Positions 20,871 through 30,975 of a stretch of DNA of 64,000 nt are shown piece by piece (within the stretch, counting starts at the first letter, position 1; every line of letters begins with the position of its first letter). Source of the stretch: Longimicrobiales bacterium (GTDB lineage: Bacteria; Gemmatimonadota; Gemmatimonadetes; Longimicrobiales; Gaopeijiaceae); NCBI GenBank assembly GCA_963664435.2, contig CAXXKM010000001.1, positions 768,001 to 832,000 on the forward strand, written 5' to 3'. A model generated the notes under the pieces. That model saw nothing but the letters and a program-made list of their open reading frames with translations. It had not been told where the DNA came from and did not search any database. Both the position numbers and the translations under genes were made by a program.

Positions 20871-21860
20871 ATGATGTCCCGGAAGCACATTCTGGCGCCC
20901 GCGCTGATCGCCGTCGCCCTGTCCGCGTGCGCCCCCGGCGACGACACCGGCCCCGTGGAGATCCGCCTCGGACATGTGGGCGCCCCCGAGTCGCTCTACG
21001 ACATCGTCGCGAACGAATTCGCCGAGCGCGCCAACGAGCGCCTGGGCGAGGCCGGACGCGTCATCGTCTACGGCTCGAGCCAGCTCGGCGGCGACGACGT
21101 GCTGCTGCAGAAGCTCAGGCTGGGCACCGTGGAGATGTCGCTCCCCTCCACGGTAATGTCGTCGGTCATCGACGGCTTCGGTCTCTTCGAGATGCCGTAC
21201 CTGGTGCAGGACCGGGAACACATGAAGCGCATCGAGGAGGAAGTCTTCTGGGATCAGCTGGCGCCGCTTGCCGAAGCGGAGGGCTACCGCATCCTCGCGT
21301 TGTGGGAGAACGGCTTCCGCCACATCACCAACAACGCGCGCCCGATCCGTGGCCCGGAGGACCTCGCGGGCATCAAGCTGCGCACCCCGCGCGGGGTCTG
21401 GCGGGTCAAGCTCTTCCAGGCCTACGGCGCCAACCCGACGCCCATGCCGCTGGCCGAGGTCTTCGTCGCACTCCAGACCGGGGTGATGGACGGACAGGAG
21501 AATCCGCTCGCGCAGATCGCCTCGGCCAAGCTGCACGAGGTGCAATCGTATCTGTCGCTCACGGGGCACGTGTACACGCCCGCGTTCGTTACCGTGGGTG
21601 AAGCCCGCTGGCAGCGTCTGCCGGAGGGAGTGCGCGCCATCCTCGAGGAGACCGCGCGCGAGATGCAGGCGTTCGTGTACGAGACCGCGGCGCGCATGGA
21701 CGCGGAGCTGCTGGAGGAGCTGCGCGCCGCCGGCATCGAGGTGAACGAGGCCGACCGGGCGCGCTTCCGCGCCGCCAGCGACGCCATCTACGACGAGTTC
21801 GCGGAAGAAGTCGACGGGGGCGGAGAGCTGGTGCGACGGGTGGGGGAGTTGGCGGGCTAG
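20871..21860 (+). CDS. dctP: TRAP transporter substrate-binding lipoprotein (DctP family)
   Basis: Lipobox LSAC; WENGFRHIT, DLAGIKLR and ALQTGVMDGQENP. Confidence 0.92.
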   Translation: MMSRKHILAPALIAVALSACAPGDDTGPVEIRLGHVGAPESLYDIVANEFAERANERLGEAGRVIVYGSSQLGGDDVLLQKLRLGTVEMSLPSTVMSSVIDGFGLFEMPYLVQDREHMKRIEEEVFWDQLAPLAEAEGYRILALWENGFRHITNNARPIRGPEDLAGIKLRTPRGVWRVKLFQAYGANPTPMPLAEVFVALQTGVMDGQENPLAQIASAKLHEVQSYLSLTGHVYTPAFVTVGEARWQRLPEGVRAILEETAREMQAFVYETAARMDAELLEELRAAGIEVNEADRARFRAASDAIYDEFAEEVDGGGELVRRVGELAG

Positions 21861-21870
21861 CAGAGAGTCA

Positions 21871-21902
21871 TTATCATGTTTCATGAAATACTCTCATGAT
21901 AA
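21871..21902. promoter_or_regulatory. Palindromic operator-like sites over the antitoxin start
   Basis: TTATCATG...CATGATAA inverted repeat enclosing the TTTCATGAAA palindrome. Confidence 0.55.
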
Positions 21903-22209
21903 GCCGCGCAAGCGGCGCGTCGCCGAGCCTGTCCAGGTCTATCTGCGTCCGAGCGAAAAGGAGCGCCTCAAGCGACTGACGGCGGAACTGGACACCACCA
22001 AGTCCGATGTGCTGCGGCAAGGGCTGAAGGCCCTGGAGCTCCAGATCTCGGATCCGGAGCATCATCCGGTCCTGAGAATCATCGGGATGGTGTCTTTGCC
22101 CGATGACCCGGGGTTCGACATCGCGCGCGAGCACGACGAGTATCTCGCCGCCAAGGAGATCGCTTCCTGGTCAGATCATCCGCAGGAGCCGAAGCCGGAT
22201 TCCGAGTGA
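21883..22209 (+). CDS. Ribbon-helix-helix (CopG-like) antitoxin
   Basis: VQVYL..EKERL..L.....TKSDVLRQGL and C-terminal IAREHDEYL; overlaps the PIN gene by 4 bp. Confidence 0.78.
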   Translation: MKYSHDKPRKRRVAEPVQVYLRPSEKERLKRLTAELDTTKSDVLRQGLKALELQISDPEHHPVLRIIGMVSLPDDPGFDIAREHDEYLAAKEIASWSDHPQEPKPDSE

Positions 22210-22622
22210 AGGGCCTCTTCGTCGACACCAGCGCATGGTATCCTCTCGCCAACGACCGGCACCCCGATCATCGGGCCTTCGCCCGGAGTCTGCGCGCCGG
22301 GGTCCGGCGGGGCGCGAGAATCGTGACCACCAACATCGTGGTCGCCGAGGCTCACGCGTTGCTGATTCGTCGCGCCGGTCTCCACGCCGCATCCGCCTTT
22401 CTCAAAGCGGTTCGCGAAGCTCCGACCCAGGTCGAGTACATCACGCCGGAGCGCGAGGAGGCCGCGATCGGGAACTGGATCGAACGCTTCTCCGATCAGC
22501 CCTTCTCTCTCGCGGATGCCGCCAGCTTCGTGGTCATGGCCGAACTGGGCATCCGCGAGGCGCTGACCCTCGACCACCACTTCATGACGGCGGGCTTCAT
22601 CACGCTGCCGGCCCGCTGCTGA
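22206..22622 (+). CDS. vapC: PIN-domain VapC-family toxin
   Basis: LFVDTSAW, TTNIVVAE, SLADAASF and TLDHHF supply the acidic PIN residues. Confidence 0.9.
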   Translation: MKGLFVDTSAWYPLANDRHPDHRAFARSLRAGVRRGARIVTTNIVVAEAHALLIRRAGLHAASAFLKAVREAPTQVEYITPEREEAAIGNWIERFSDQPFSLADAASFVVMAELGIREALTLDHHFMTAGFITLPARC

Positions 22623-22632
22623 GGCTCGCCGA

Positions 22633-23610
22633 GTGTCAGGGCCAGCGACCTCGACTTCGTTGAAGCAGCCTGCCCCGGCGCTCCTGGAGCGGTACGCGCA
22701 AGCGGTATGCCCGGAGCGCGTGCGCCGGGATGTCCCTCTGGCTCCGCTGACCACCTTCCGAATCGGCGGTGCGGCCGACCTGTACTACCGTGCACGGACA
22801 AGCGAGGAGTTGTCCCGCGCGGTGTGTGTCGCACGCGAGATGGGCGTTCCGAGCTTCTTGCTCGGTCGGGGGTCGAACATCCTTGTGGGAGACGGGGGGT
22901 TTCGGGGTGTCGTCATCCGGAGCGACATCGCCACGCTGGAGTTCCGGCCCGGCGGAAGGGTGGTGGCGGGGGCGGGTCTCGACGTCTTTCCGAACCTCAT
23001 CAATGCGACGGTGGCGCGCGGTCTCGGCGGGCTTCATCACTTCGTCGGAATCCCGAGTACGGTCGGGGGGGCGGTCAATGGGAACGTCCACTTCCTTGCG
23101 GCCCCGCCTGCCCGCGACCGCACCGTGTTCTTGGCGGAGGTCATGGAGGGCGCGACGGTCCTTACTCCCGGCGGCGAGGTAAGGTATGAGGGCAGTCAGT
23201 ACTTCCGATTCGGCTACAACTCCAGCGTCCTCCAGGAAACCGGCGACGTGGTCCTGGATGTATCGTTGAAGCTTGTCCCAACGCCGCGCCCGGAACTCAG
23301 GAGGGTGATACGGGAGAATCTCGCCTGGCGCAACGAGCGATTCCCGGCCCTGTGGCTCTACCCCAACGCCGGATCCATCTTCCAGTTGATCGACGGGATC
23401 AATGCGGGTCTGCTGATTGACGAGTGCGGACTGCGGGGGCATGTCCACGGGGCGGCGCAGATCTCCCACAGGCACGCCAACATGATCGTCAACCTCGGAG
23501 GCGCGACCTCGGCAGAGGTGATGACCCTGATCGAGATGTCCCGCGAGGCGGTGGCCCGCGAGACGGGATACGAGCTCGAGACCGAAATCGAGTTCGTAGG
23601 CGAGTTCTGA
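22633..23610 (+). CDS. murB: UDP-N-acetylenolpyruvoylglucosamine reductase (MurB)-like FAD protein
   Basis: TTFRIGGAAD, LGRGSNILVGD, GIPSTVGGA, NAGSIF, HANMIVNLG and LETEI. Confidence 0.8.
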   Translation: MSGPATSTSLKQPAPALLERYAQAVCPERVRRDVPLAPLTTFRIGGAADLYYRARTSEELSRAVCVAREMGVPSFLLGRGSNILVGDGGFRGVVIRSDIATLEFRPGGRVVAGAGLDVFPNLINATVARGLGGLHHFVGIPSTVGGAVNGNVHFLAAPPARDRTVFLAEVMEGATVLTPGGEVRYEGSQYFRFGYNSSVLQETGDVVLDVSLKLVPTPRPELRRVIRENLAWRNERFPALWLYPNAGSIFQLIDGINAGLLIDECGLRGHVHGAAQISHRHANMIVNLGGATSAEVMTLIEMSREAVARETGYELETEIEFVGEF

Positions 23611-23619
23611 CCCGGGCGA

Positions 23620-24699
23620 TCAATTCCCGCGCAGGAGCCTGACCACCTCGCTGACCGTCATGCCGCCCACATCGCGCGCGCCCCCCGCTTCCCGGGCGGA
23701 CCCGATCGCCTGCTCGAAACGGCGTCTCTCGCTGTCCGCAAGCTCGACGATCCCGACCCCGGCCTCCCGCGCGAGCTCCAGGGCCTCGGCATCGACACGC
23801 TCGAACGCCATGGCTCCAGCCACGGAGAGAGCGTCATCCGCGGCTTCGTCGATCCAGGCCCGCTCTTCGGGAGACAGGGCCTCGTACGTCTCCTGGTTCA
23901 GGAGCAGGACAAACGCCAATCCGGATATGGGAAGCCACGTGGTGATGTAGGCGGCCGCCTCGTGAAGTCGGAATGCGACGATTCCCGACGGCCCGATGGC
24001 AACCCCGTCGATGACACCGGTGGTCAGGCTCTGGTGCAGCTCCGTGGCCGGCTGCATGAGGGCGCTGGCGCCGAGCGCTTCGATGAACGGGATGTCGCTC
24101 CGCGAGGACACGCGGATCTTGAGCCCGCGGATGTCCTCGAGCGTCCGCACCGGTGTCTCGCGGGTGAGGAGCACGGGCGGCGTGCTCGACCAGATCGCCA
24201 GAACCCTGGCCCGGAATTCCGGTTCCAGAACCGGCCAGGCGCGCGCGATCGACTCGGTGCACCCCAGCGCGGTCTCGCAGACCCCCGGATAGCCGATGAG
24301 GTCCGTTTTCGGAAAGAGGTCGGGCGTGTAGGCGGGGACGACGAGCGCGATATCGGCCACGCCGTTCAGGAGCATCGAGTACTGGGCGGGGAGCGACGAG
24401 TTCAGGATGCCGCTGGGGTATTGCCTGACCGTCAGCCGGTCGCCCGAGAGGTCCGCCAGCCTTTCGGAGAACGGCGTGAACACGGCTTCGTTCAGAACGT
24501 GATCCGCCGGCAGGAAATGCGCGAGCGACAACTCCCTGCCTTCAGTCGTACCCCCGCATCCCAGCGCAATCGACAATCCGGCTGCGAGCAGTCCATCGGC
24601 TGCCGGGACGAGGCTCCGGCTCACCTTCGCCACCTCAGGGCCCCCGCCGAGGCTGCGCTGCGTCCGGGACGCGGAGTGTAAGGATGTCCATGCCGCCAA
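23620..24699 (-). CDS. dctP: TRAP transporter substrate-binding protein (start uncertain)
   Basis: Lipobox-like ALGC; DIRGLKIRV and SLTTGVIDG. Confidence 0.85.
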   Translation of the reverse strand: MAAWTSLHSASRTQRSLGGGPEVAKVSRSLVPAADGLLAAGLSIALGCGGTTEGRELSLAHFLPADHVLNEAVFTPFSERLADLSGDRLTVRQYPSGILNSSLPAQYSMLLNGVADIALVVPAYTPDLFPKTDLIGYPGVCETALGCTESIARAWPVLEPEFRARVLAIWSSTPPVLLTRETPVRTLEDIRGLKIRVSSRSDIPFIEALGASALMQPATELHQSLTTGVIDGVAIGPSGIVAFRLHEAAAYITTWLPISGLAFVLLLNQETYEALSPEERAWIDEAADDALSVAGAMAFERVDAEALELAREAGVGIVELADSERRRFEQAIGSAREAGGARDVGGMTVSEVVRLLRGN

Positions 24700-24737
24700 A
24701 CTGGCGCCGGTGAGCCGGGGAACGCCAGATCATCCCC

Positions 24738-26032
24738 TCATCCGAACATGGCGTTGGGCAGAAGCGTGGCGAGACCGGGCAGCAGCGCGATCAGAATCAG
24801 CGTCGCGAGCATCGCAAGCCAGAACGGAACGATGCCCCGAAACATCGTCTGGACCGGCACGTCGGGAGCGACGCCCTTCACCACGAAGATATTGAGCCCG
24901 ACCGGAGGCGAGATCAGGCCCATCTCGAGCGTGATCACGATCATCACGCCGAACCAGATCATGTCGACGCCCAGGGACTCCAGAATCGGCTGAACCAGGG
25001 GCACGGTCAGCACGAGCATCGCGAAGCCGTCGAGAAAGGTGCCCAGCACGATGACATGGCCAGCACCAGCAGTACGACCTGTGCGCCCGAAAACCCCTGC
25101 TCGCTGACCCATTCGGAGGCGACAAAGGCGATCCCCGTGAATCCGAGAAAGACCTTGAACACGAACGCGCCGGACAGCACCAGGAAAGCGGTTCCTGTCG
25201 CCCGCAGCGTGGCGCTGACCACGTCGGTCACGGCGTTCCGGTCCACCGCACGCCGCGCAAACGCCGCGACCAGCGCCAGCAACGCGCCCACCGCAGCCGC
25301 TTCGACGGCGGAGAAGATGCCGGCGTAGATGCCGCCGATGGTCACCACGACGATGCCCAGGATCCACGTCGCTCGTCCCGTAGCTCTGAGACGATCCCGC
25401 CAGGGAACGGGTGCCGTCGCGTGGGGAGCCTTGTCCGGGTCGCGTCTCACGACGATCCAGACGGCGAGCACGAACAGAAGCGTGAGCAGTATCCCGGGGA
25501 ATACCCCGGCCATGAACAGGCGCCCGATGCTCTCTTCGGTGATAATGCCGTAGATGACCAGCCCCGCCGAGGGCGGGATCAGTATGCCGAGCGTTCCGCC
25601 GGCCGCGATGACGCCCGTCGCCAGCGAATCGTCGTACTTGTACCGTCGCATCTCGGGGAGCGACACGCGCCCCATGGTCAGAGCGGCGGCCAGCGACGAG
25701 CCCGACAGAGCCGAGAATCCGGCACACGCGACGATCGACGCGGACGCGAGGCTGCCCCGGACGCGGCCGAGCCAGCTGTGGGCCGCGCGATACAGGTCCT
25801 GACTCATCCCGGAGATCACCGCCAGGTTCCCCATCAGCATGAACAGGGGCAGGATGGTGAGGGAATACCGCGAGGCTACCGCGAACACCTCCCCCGCCAG
25901 CACCGGCACGACCGCGCCCGGGCGGATCGCGGCGACGCCCACGATCAGCATCGCGAGCCCCACGGGCACCCGGATCACGAGCAGCACCAGGAGGGCGAGA
26001 AATCCGAGCAGGGCGATGCTGCTTCCGTCCAT
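24738..26032 (-). pseudogene. dctM: TRAP large permease DctM with 1-nt frameshift near 25055
   Basis: GTLGILIPPS is in one frame; IWFGV..EMGLISPPVGLNIFV is in another. The junction GCC ATG TC ATC GTG lacks one base. Confidence 0.85.
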
Positions 26033-26571
26033 CAGTCTGCGGGCTCGTTGGGATCATCGCCGTGCCAGGTTGCGAACCCCAGAAACAGCTGGGACGCGAG
26101 CAGCAGTGCGTAGGCGGCAAGCGACGCGCCGAGCGCGTAATAGAACGGAATGTGGGAGATCGAGACGCTGGGGGTCGCGGCCCCGCAGGCAGCACCGCAA
26201 CTGCCGTGCACGAACAGGGCGTACGCGGCCGTGCCGGTCACGGCCACGCTCAGCAGGCGGGCGACGGCGTCCGTGATTCTGGTCAGGCGCCGTCCCGCAA
26301 CGCGCGCGATCAGGTTGACGCAGACGTGCGCGCCTTCCTGGGCCCCATAGGCGATCGCCGCCGCCACCACGACCGCGAGCGACATCGTGACGAGGTCCTC
26401 GGCCCACAGCAGCGAGTTGTTCAGGACGTAGCGCCAGAAGACTTCGGCCACGGTGACTGCGAGCAGGATCACGAGCGCGATCCCGCCGACGACCGCGAAC
26501 GCACCTCCGACGCGGCCGCAGTACGCCTCGGCCTGCTCGAAGCGGTCGCGATGCTGTTCGAAGAAGGTCAT
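26032..26571 (-). CDS. dctQ: TRAP small permease DctQ
   Basis: Four TM segments; VFWRYVLN..WAEDL..GAHVCVNL. Confidence 0.85.
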   Translation of the reverse strand: MTFFEQHRDRFEQAEAYCGRVGGAFAVVGGIALVILLAVTVAEVFWRYVLNNSLLWAEDLVTMSLAVVVAAAIAYGAQEGAHVCVNLIARVAGRRLTRITDAVARLLSVAVTGTAAYALFVHGSCGAACGAATPSVSISHIPFYYALGASLAAYALLLASQLFLGFATWHGDDPNEPAD

Positions 26572-26587
26572 GGCCTGGCAGCTTCGC

Positions 26588-28543
26588 TCACCCGTCCACG
26601 GGTCGCGCGAAGGCCACGAGCGCCGCGTCCGCGCCGCCCCCCGTTGCGATGACCACGAACTGGCGTCCCGACCGCGTCCGGTAGGTCATCGGGTTCGCGC
26701 TGGTGGGATGTGGCGTCGCGCCACGCCAGAGTTCGGCGCCGGTCGCCTTGTCGAACGCGTACAGGTACGGGGCGCCGCCGCCGAGGAACACCAACCCCCC
26801 CCTGGTCACCATTGCCCCCGGGTTGCCGAGCGTGCCCAGCCGCTCCGGCAGATCGACGCCGCGAAGCAGCGGGTGGGTGCGGATCTCCTCGCTCCCTTCC
26901 CCGAAGGGCACCTTCCACGCGATCTCCCCCGCGTTGAGGTCGACCGCCACCAGGTGCGCCCAGGGCGGTTTGGTGAGCGGGATCGGGCCGAGTTCGCTCT
27001 CCGGGGTCGGTGCCGCGCCCGGTCCGCCGGCCTCCCGGAACATCACGAGGGTCGCGCCATAGGGGCAGTTGTTGCTGTATGGGACGTCGACGCGCGGGTC
27101 GTCGCCCGCATTCGTGCAGATCTGGTTTGGGTCGGCCCTCTCTGTGGTCCGCACGTACAGGAGCCCGGTTTCCGGATCGAACGCCGCTCCGCCCCAGTTC
27201 GCCCCGCCGATCGTGCCCGGCCGCTGGAGCGTTCCCTGGAGGCTCGGGGGCGTGAAGAGCGGGCCCAGCCGGAAGCGCTGCATCTCGGCCACCGCGAGCG
27301 CATGGATCTCAGGTGTCAGGTCGTTCGCGTCTTCGAGCGACACCCCCTGGCTGCCGAAGGGCGGCGGCCTGGTCGGAAACGGCTGCGTCGGATGCAGCAC
27401 CTCGCCCGGGACGTCCGTCGACGTGTCCACCGGACGCTCCTCGATCGGCCACACCGGCTCGCCGGTCACCCGATCGAACACGTAGGTGAAGCCATGCTTC
27501 GAGACCTGCGCCACCGCGTCGATCTCGCGCCCGTCCACCGTGATCGTCACCAGGTTCGGCGCCGCGCCGAGGTCGTAGTCCCACACGCCATGGTGCACGG
27601 CCTGGAAGTGCCACCGCCGCTCGCCCGTGCGCGCATCGAGACACAGCAGCGACTCGGCGAACAGATTCACCCCCTTCCGGCGCCCGCCCCAGTAGTCGCT
27701 GCTCGACGTGCTCGTCGGCACGTAGAGGAGGCCCCGCTCGGCATCGAGCGACATCGGCCCCCACACGTTGGCGTGGCCGGTGTAGCGCCAGGACTCGTCC
27801 TCCCAGGCGTCGGCGCCGAAAGCGTCGCTCGATTGCGGGACGGTGAAGAACACCCAGCGCCGCTCGCCCGTGCGGACGTCGAACGCCTGCACGGTTCCGG
27901 GCGGGTCGAACCGGCGCTGCACCCCGTCGGGCACCCGGCTCCCCACGATCACCAGGTCCTCGAACACCACCGGAGGCGAGGTCTGGTCGAACTCGTAGCG
28001 GCTGACTTCGCGGCCATGCCCCTCGGTCAGCACGACGCTCCCGCCCTGGCCGAAACCCGTGTCCAGCTCACCGTTCGCGGCGTCGATCGCGTACAGGCGG
28101 TCGCGGCTGTTGAGGAAGACGCGCGCGTCGTCCCCGTCGCTCCACCAGGCGACGCCCCGGTGCTTGAAACCCGTCGGCCCCGCACCGACCGGTCCGCCCT
28201 CGTACGCCCGCGGGTCGAACGTCCAGAGCTCCGCGCCCGACTCGGCATCGAGCGCCACCACGCGCGTGTACATGGTGGAGAGGTAGAGAACGCCGCCGAC
28301 CAGGATGGGGGTCGCCTGGAAGGGGCCCGGCCGCGTGCCGTACTCCTCGAGGGGCGCCTCGTTCGGCTCCCATTCCCAGGCGATCTCCAATTCAGCGACG
28401 TTGGCGGCCGTGATCGCCTCCGCCGCCGAGTACTTGGTGTGCGCCTGGTCGGAGCCGACAAAGCGCCAGCCTGCCCCGGCGTCCGGTTGCGGGGTGCACG
28501 CGGCGGCGGCCAGCAGAGCCGCGATGGCAACAACTCGTCTCAT
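26588..28543 (-). CDS. PQQ-dependent dehydrogenase (glucose/quinate family), lipoprotein
   Basis: Lipobox AAAC; FQATPI, GHANVW, WHFQAVHHGVWDYD, GGANWGG and ANPMTY. Confidence 0.9.
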   Translation of the reverse strand: MRRVVAIAALLAAAACTPQPDAGAGWRFVGSDQAHTKYSAAEAITAANVAELEIAWEWEPNEAPLEEYGTRPGPFQATPILVGGVLYLSTMYTRVVALDAESGAELWTFDPRAYEGGPVGAGPTGFKHRGVAWWSDGDDARVFLNSRDRLYAIDAANGELDTGFGQGGSVVLTEGHGREVSRYEFDQTSPPVVFEDLVIVGSRVPDGVQRRFDPPGTVQAFDVRTGERRWVFFTVPQSSDAFGADAWEDESWRYTGHANVWGPMSLDAERGLLYVPTSTSSSDYWGGRRKGVNLFAESLLCLDARTGERRWHFQAVHHGVWDYDLGAAPNLVTITVDGREIDAVAQVSKHGFTYVFDRVTGEPVWPIEERPVDTSTDVPGEVLHPTQPFPTRPPPFGSQGVSLEDANDLTPEIHALAVAEMQRFRLGPLFTPPSLQGTLQRPGTIGGANWGGAAFDPETGLLYVRTTERADPNQICTNAGDDPRVDVPYSNNCPYGATLVMFREAGGPGAAPTPESELGPIPLTKPPWAHLVAVDLNAGEIAWKVPFGEGSEEIRTHPLLRGVDLPERLGTLGNPGAMVTRGGLVFLGGGAPYLYAFDKATGAELWRGATPHPTSANPMTYRTRSGRQFVVIATGGGADAALVAFARPVDG

Positions 28544-30795
28544 GAACCGGACTCCGATGGGGACCCGGACCCCGACTCCACGGCGTCATCCGGCGGGGAG
28601 CTGCCGGGCCCGGCCTCGAAGCGTCCCGCAAGCAGGTGTCGATACAGCTTGAGCGCGAGCCGCTCATCGAGCTCCTCCAGCCGGTGCCGGGCGACCGGCG
28701 TCAGCAACATCGTCTCGCAGGACTCGTCCGCGCTCACCGTGGGCGCCTTCTCATCGGTCGGGTGGACCGGCCAGATCGCATCGCCGGGGCCGTACTGCCG
28801 GACGCGCCTGCCCGCGGCATCATGGGCGGACGCCCGGCCGGAGGTCAGCAACTGCAGGCCCTCGCTCGACGCTCCCGGCCCCGCGAGGGCTTCCCCGGCG
28901 GCGTAGCGGCACGGCTCCAGCCAGATGCCCAGCTCGTTCATCAGGTCCTCGAAACGAATCTGGCGCTCCAGATGGCGCTCGAGGTCGTCGGCGGCGCGCT
29001 CGAACAGCGAGGCGCGCCGCTCGTCGACATCGCCGGCATGGGCCCTCCATGCCGCGATCACGGTCTCCTCGCAGTACTCCAGGGCACGGTCCGCATTCGG
29101 CTCGATCCGCACCGCGGCGAACTCCGAGGCCGGCAGGTTGCGCTCCAGACCGGTCCCGAGCTGTTCGGACGGCGCGCTCAGCACCACCTGCACCCCCGCC
29201 GCGTTCGCCGATCGCACGAACCTGGCAAGGACGCTCACCGCCGAGTAGTCGAAGCCCGAAACGTCCGCGAAATCCAGCACCAGGCAGGCCGGAACGGGAT
29301 CGCCGCCCAGCGATTCCTTGAGACGATCGGCCAGCGGATAAACACTTCCGAAGAAGACGTACCCGCGCAGCCGGTACCCGAGCACGCGCTCTCCTTCCTC
29401 GTGCAGGATGACGCGATCCGGGACGGAACGCGCCCGGGTGCTGCGGTGCTCGCGCGCGCTGAAGCGCGATTCGACCGGGTCCACGCGGCTCAGGCGCACG
29501 CTGAAGAACAGGAGCGTGGCCAGCATCCCGACGCCCACCCCCTCGAACAGCCCGAACGCGACGATGACCGCGCCGATGAGCACGAGGATGCCGTATTCGG
29601 ACCGCGGGAGCCGCTTCCGGGTCATCACGAGTCCCCGGTCCAGCATGCCGGCGCCGGCGAAGAACAGCATGCCTCCCACGAGCGGCACCGGGACCAGTTC
29701 CAGCATCCCGCCGCCCAGGAACATGGCGGCCGCGATGACGAGGGCGGTGACGACGCCGGTGAGACGCGTGGCGGCCCCGAACAGCTTGCTGCGGAGCGAC
29801 GCGGACACGATCATGCTCGCCGTCGTGCCGCCGCCGACACCCGCCACCACGTTGGCGAGCCCCGCCGCGCCGAACTCGCGGTCCCAGTCCAGGTCCTCGT
29901 TCGCGGCCATCTCCAGGCCGGCGAGGTTCATGATGACGACCACGAGGGCGACCAGCATCAGGGCAAGCAGGTTCGGGAGCTGGATGGCCATCGCCGCCCA
30001 GTCCACCTGCGCAAGATCCGTGGGCCCGAAGGCCGGCCACGGGCCGCCCTGCGAGGTGCTCGTCAGCAGCAGGCCCGCCTCCCTCGCCTCCTCGCCGGAG
30101 AGGCCCATGGCCGCGAGCACGAAATGGAACGCACCGACGCCCAGCACTACGCTGGCGGGAAGGATGAGCGGGTGGCCCCACCGCTTCAGCGCCACATAGA
30201 GGAGGATCCCGAACGCCGCCCCCGGAGTCCACTTCCAGAGTGCCGAGGGCTGCAGGAGCGCCGGGATCGCGCGCCAGTCCGGATCCACCCCCATCATGGA
30301 CATGGCGGCGAGGCACACGGCGACCCCGATTCCGGTGACGAAACCGCCCGCGACCGGGTAGGGGACGAAGCGCACGAGGTTGGCGAGCCCGTACCGCCCG
30401 ATCAGGAGAAAGCACACCCCGGTCGCGACCGCGCCGACCATGAGCGCCGCCACCGTGGTCGCGAACAGCGCCTCGCCCTCCGCCTGCATGGTGGCGCCGA
30501 TCAGCGCCATCACGATCACCAGCGCGGGAGACAGTCCCGATATCGCCCCGCGGAAGCCGCCGGCGAGCGCGACCACCAGGCAGGCCGCGAAGTTGCCGAA
30601 CAGGACCAGGCCCACGCCCTGGGAGGAATACGGAGCCAGCGCCCCGGAGAAGATGAGGCTCCCGAAGGCCACCTGGGAGGCCACCAGGCCCAGGCCCGCC
30701 GTGAAGCCGGCCGCCAGCGCTGGAACCGCCTTCGGCGACCGGATGTCCGCGTAGAACTCCGACGCGAGACTGCGGAGCGGGGATGATGCCGTCAC
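28540..30795 (-). CDS. SulP-family anion transporter with STAS and cNMP-binding-like domains
   Basis: Multi-TM; VRFVPYPVAGGF; STAS LRGYVFFGS..LDFADVSGFDYS; C-terminal cNMP-like region. Confidence 0.88.
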   Translation of the reverse strand: MTASSPLRSLASEFYADIRSPKAVPALAAGFTAGLGLVASQVAFGSLIFSGALAPYSSQGVGLVLFGNFAACLVVALAGGFRGAISGLSPALVIVMALIGATMQAEGEALFATTVAALMVGAVATGVCFLLIGRYGLANLVRFVPYPVAGGFVTGIGVAVCLAAMSMMGVDPDWRAIPALLQPSALWKWTPGAAFGILLYVALKRWGHPLILPASVVLGVGAFHFVLAAMGLSGEEAREAGLLLTSTSQGGPWPAFGPTDLAQVDWAAMAIQLPNLLALMLVALVVVIMNLAGLEMAANEDLDWDREFGAAGLANVVAGVGGGTTASMIVSASLRSKLFGAATRLTGVVTALVIAAAMFLGGGMLELVPVPLVGGMLFFAGAGMLDRGLVMTRKRLPRSEYGILVLIGAVIVAFGLFEGVGVGMLATLLFFSVRLSRVDPVESRFSAREHRSTRARSVPDRVILHEEGERVLGYRLRGYVFFGSVYPLADRLKESLGGDPVPACLVLDFADVSGFDYSAVSVLARFVRSANAAGVQVVLSAPSEQLGTGLERNLPASEFAAVRIEPNADRALEYCEETVIAAWRAHAGDVDERRASLFERAADDLERHLERQIRFEDLMNELGIWLEPCRYAAGEALAGPGASSEGLQLLTSGRASAHDAAGRRVRQYGPGDAIWPVHPTDEKAPTVSADESCETMLLTPVARHRLEELDERLALKLYRHLLAGRFEAGPGSSPPDDAVESGSGSPSESGS

Positions 30796-30859
30796 GGTTT
30801 CCTGCGAGAAGGCTCGCGGTTGCCAGAGTAGGAGGCTCGTGTCCGGGCAATCTACCCGC

Positions 30860-30965
30860 CGCCGTATATCGCGCCAACAAGACCGTCGTCTCGTGCCAGC
30901 AGAATGTCGTATCGGGCCGGCGAGACCGTCGTGCGACGCCGCTAGACCGTCGTATCGTGCCAGAG
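30860..30965. repeat. 4-5 degenerate 21-22-bp tandem repeats
   Basis: Consensus approximately AGACCGTCGTATCGTGCCAGC at 30880, 30901, 30923 and 30944, with a weaker copy near 30860. Confidence 0.75.
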
Positions 30966-30975
30966 AGAACCTCTC

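Noticed and set aside
30860..30965. CRISPR array
   Set aside because: Repeats are contiguous and degenerate, with no unique spacers and no cas genes in the window.
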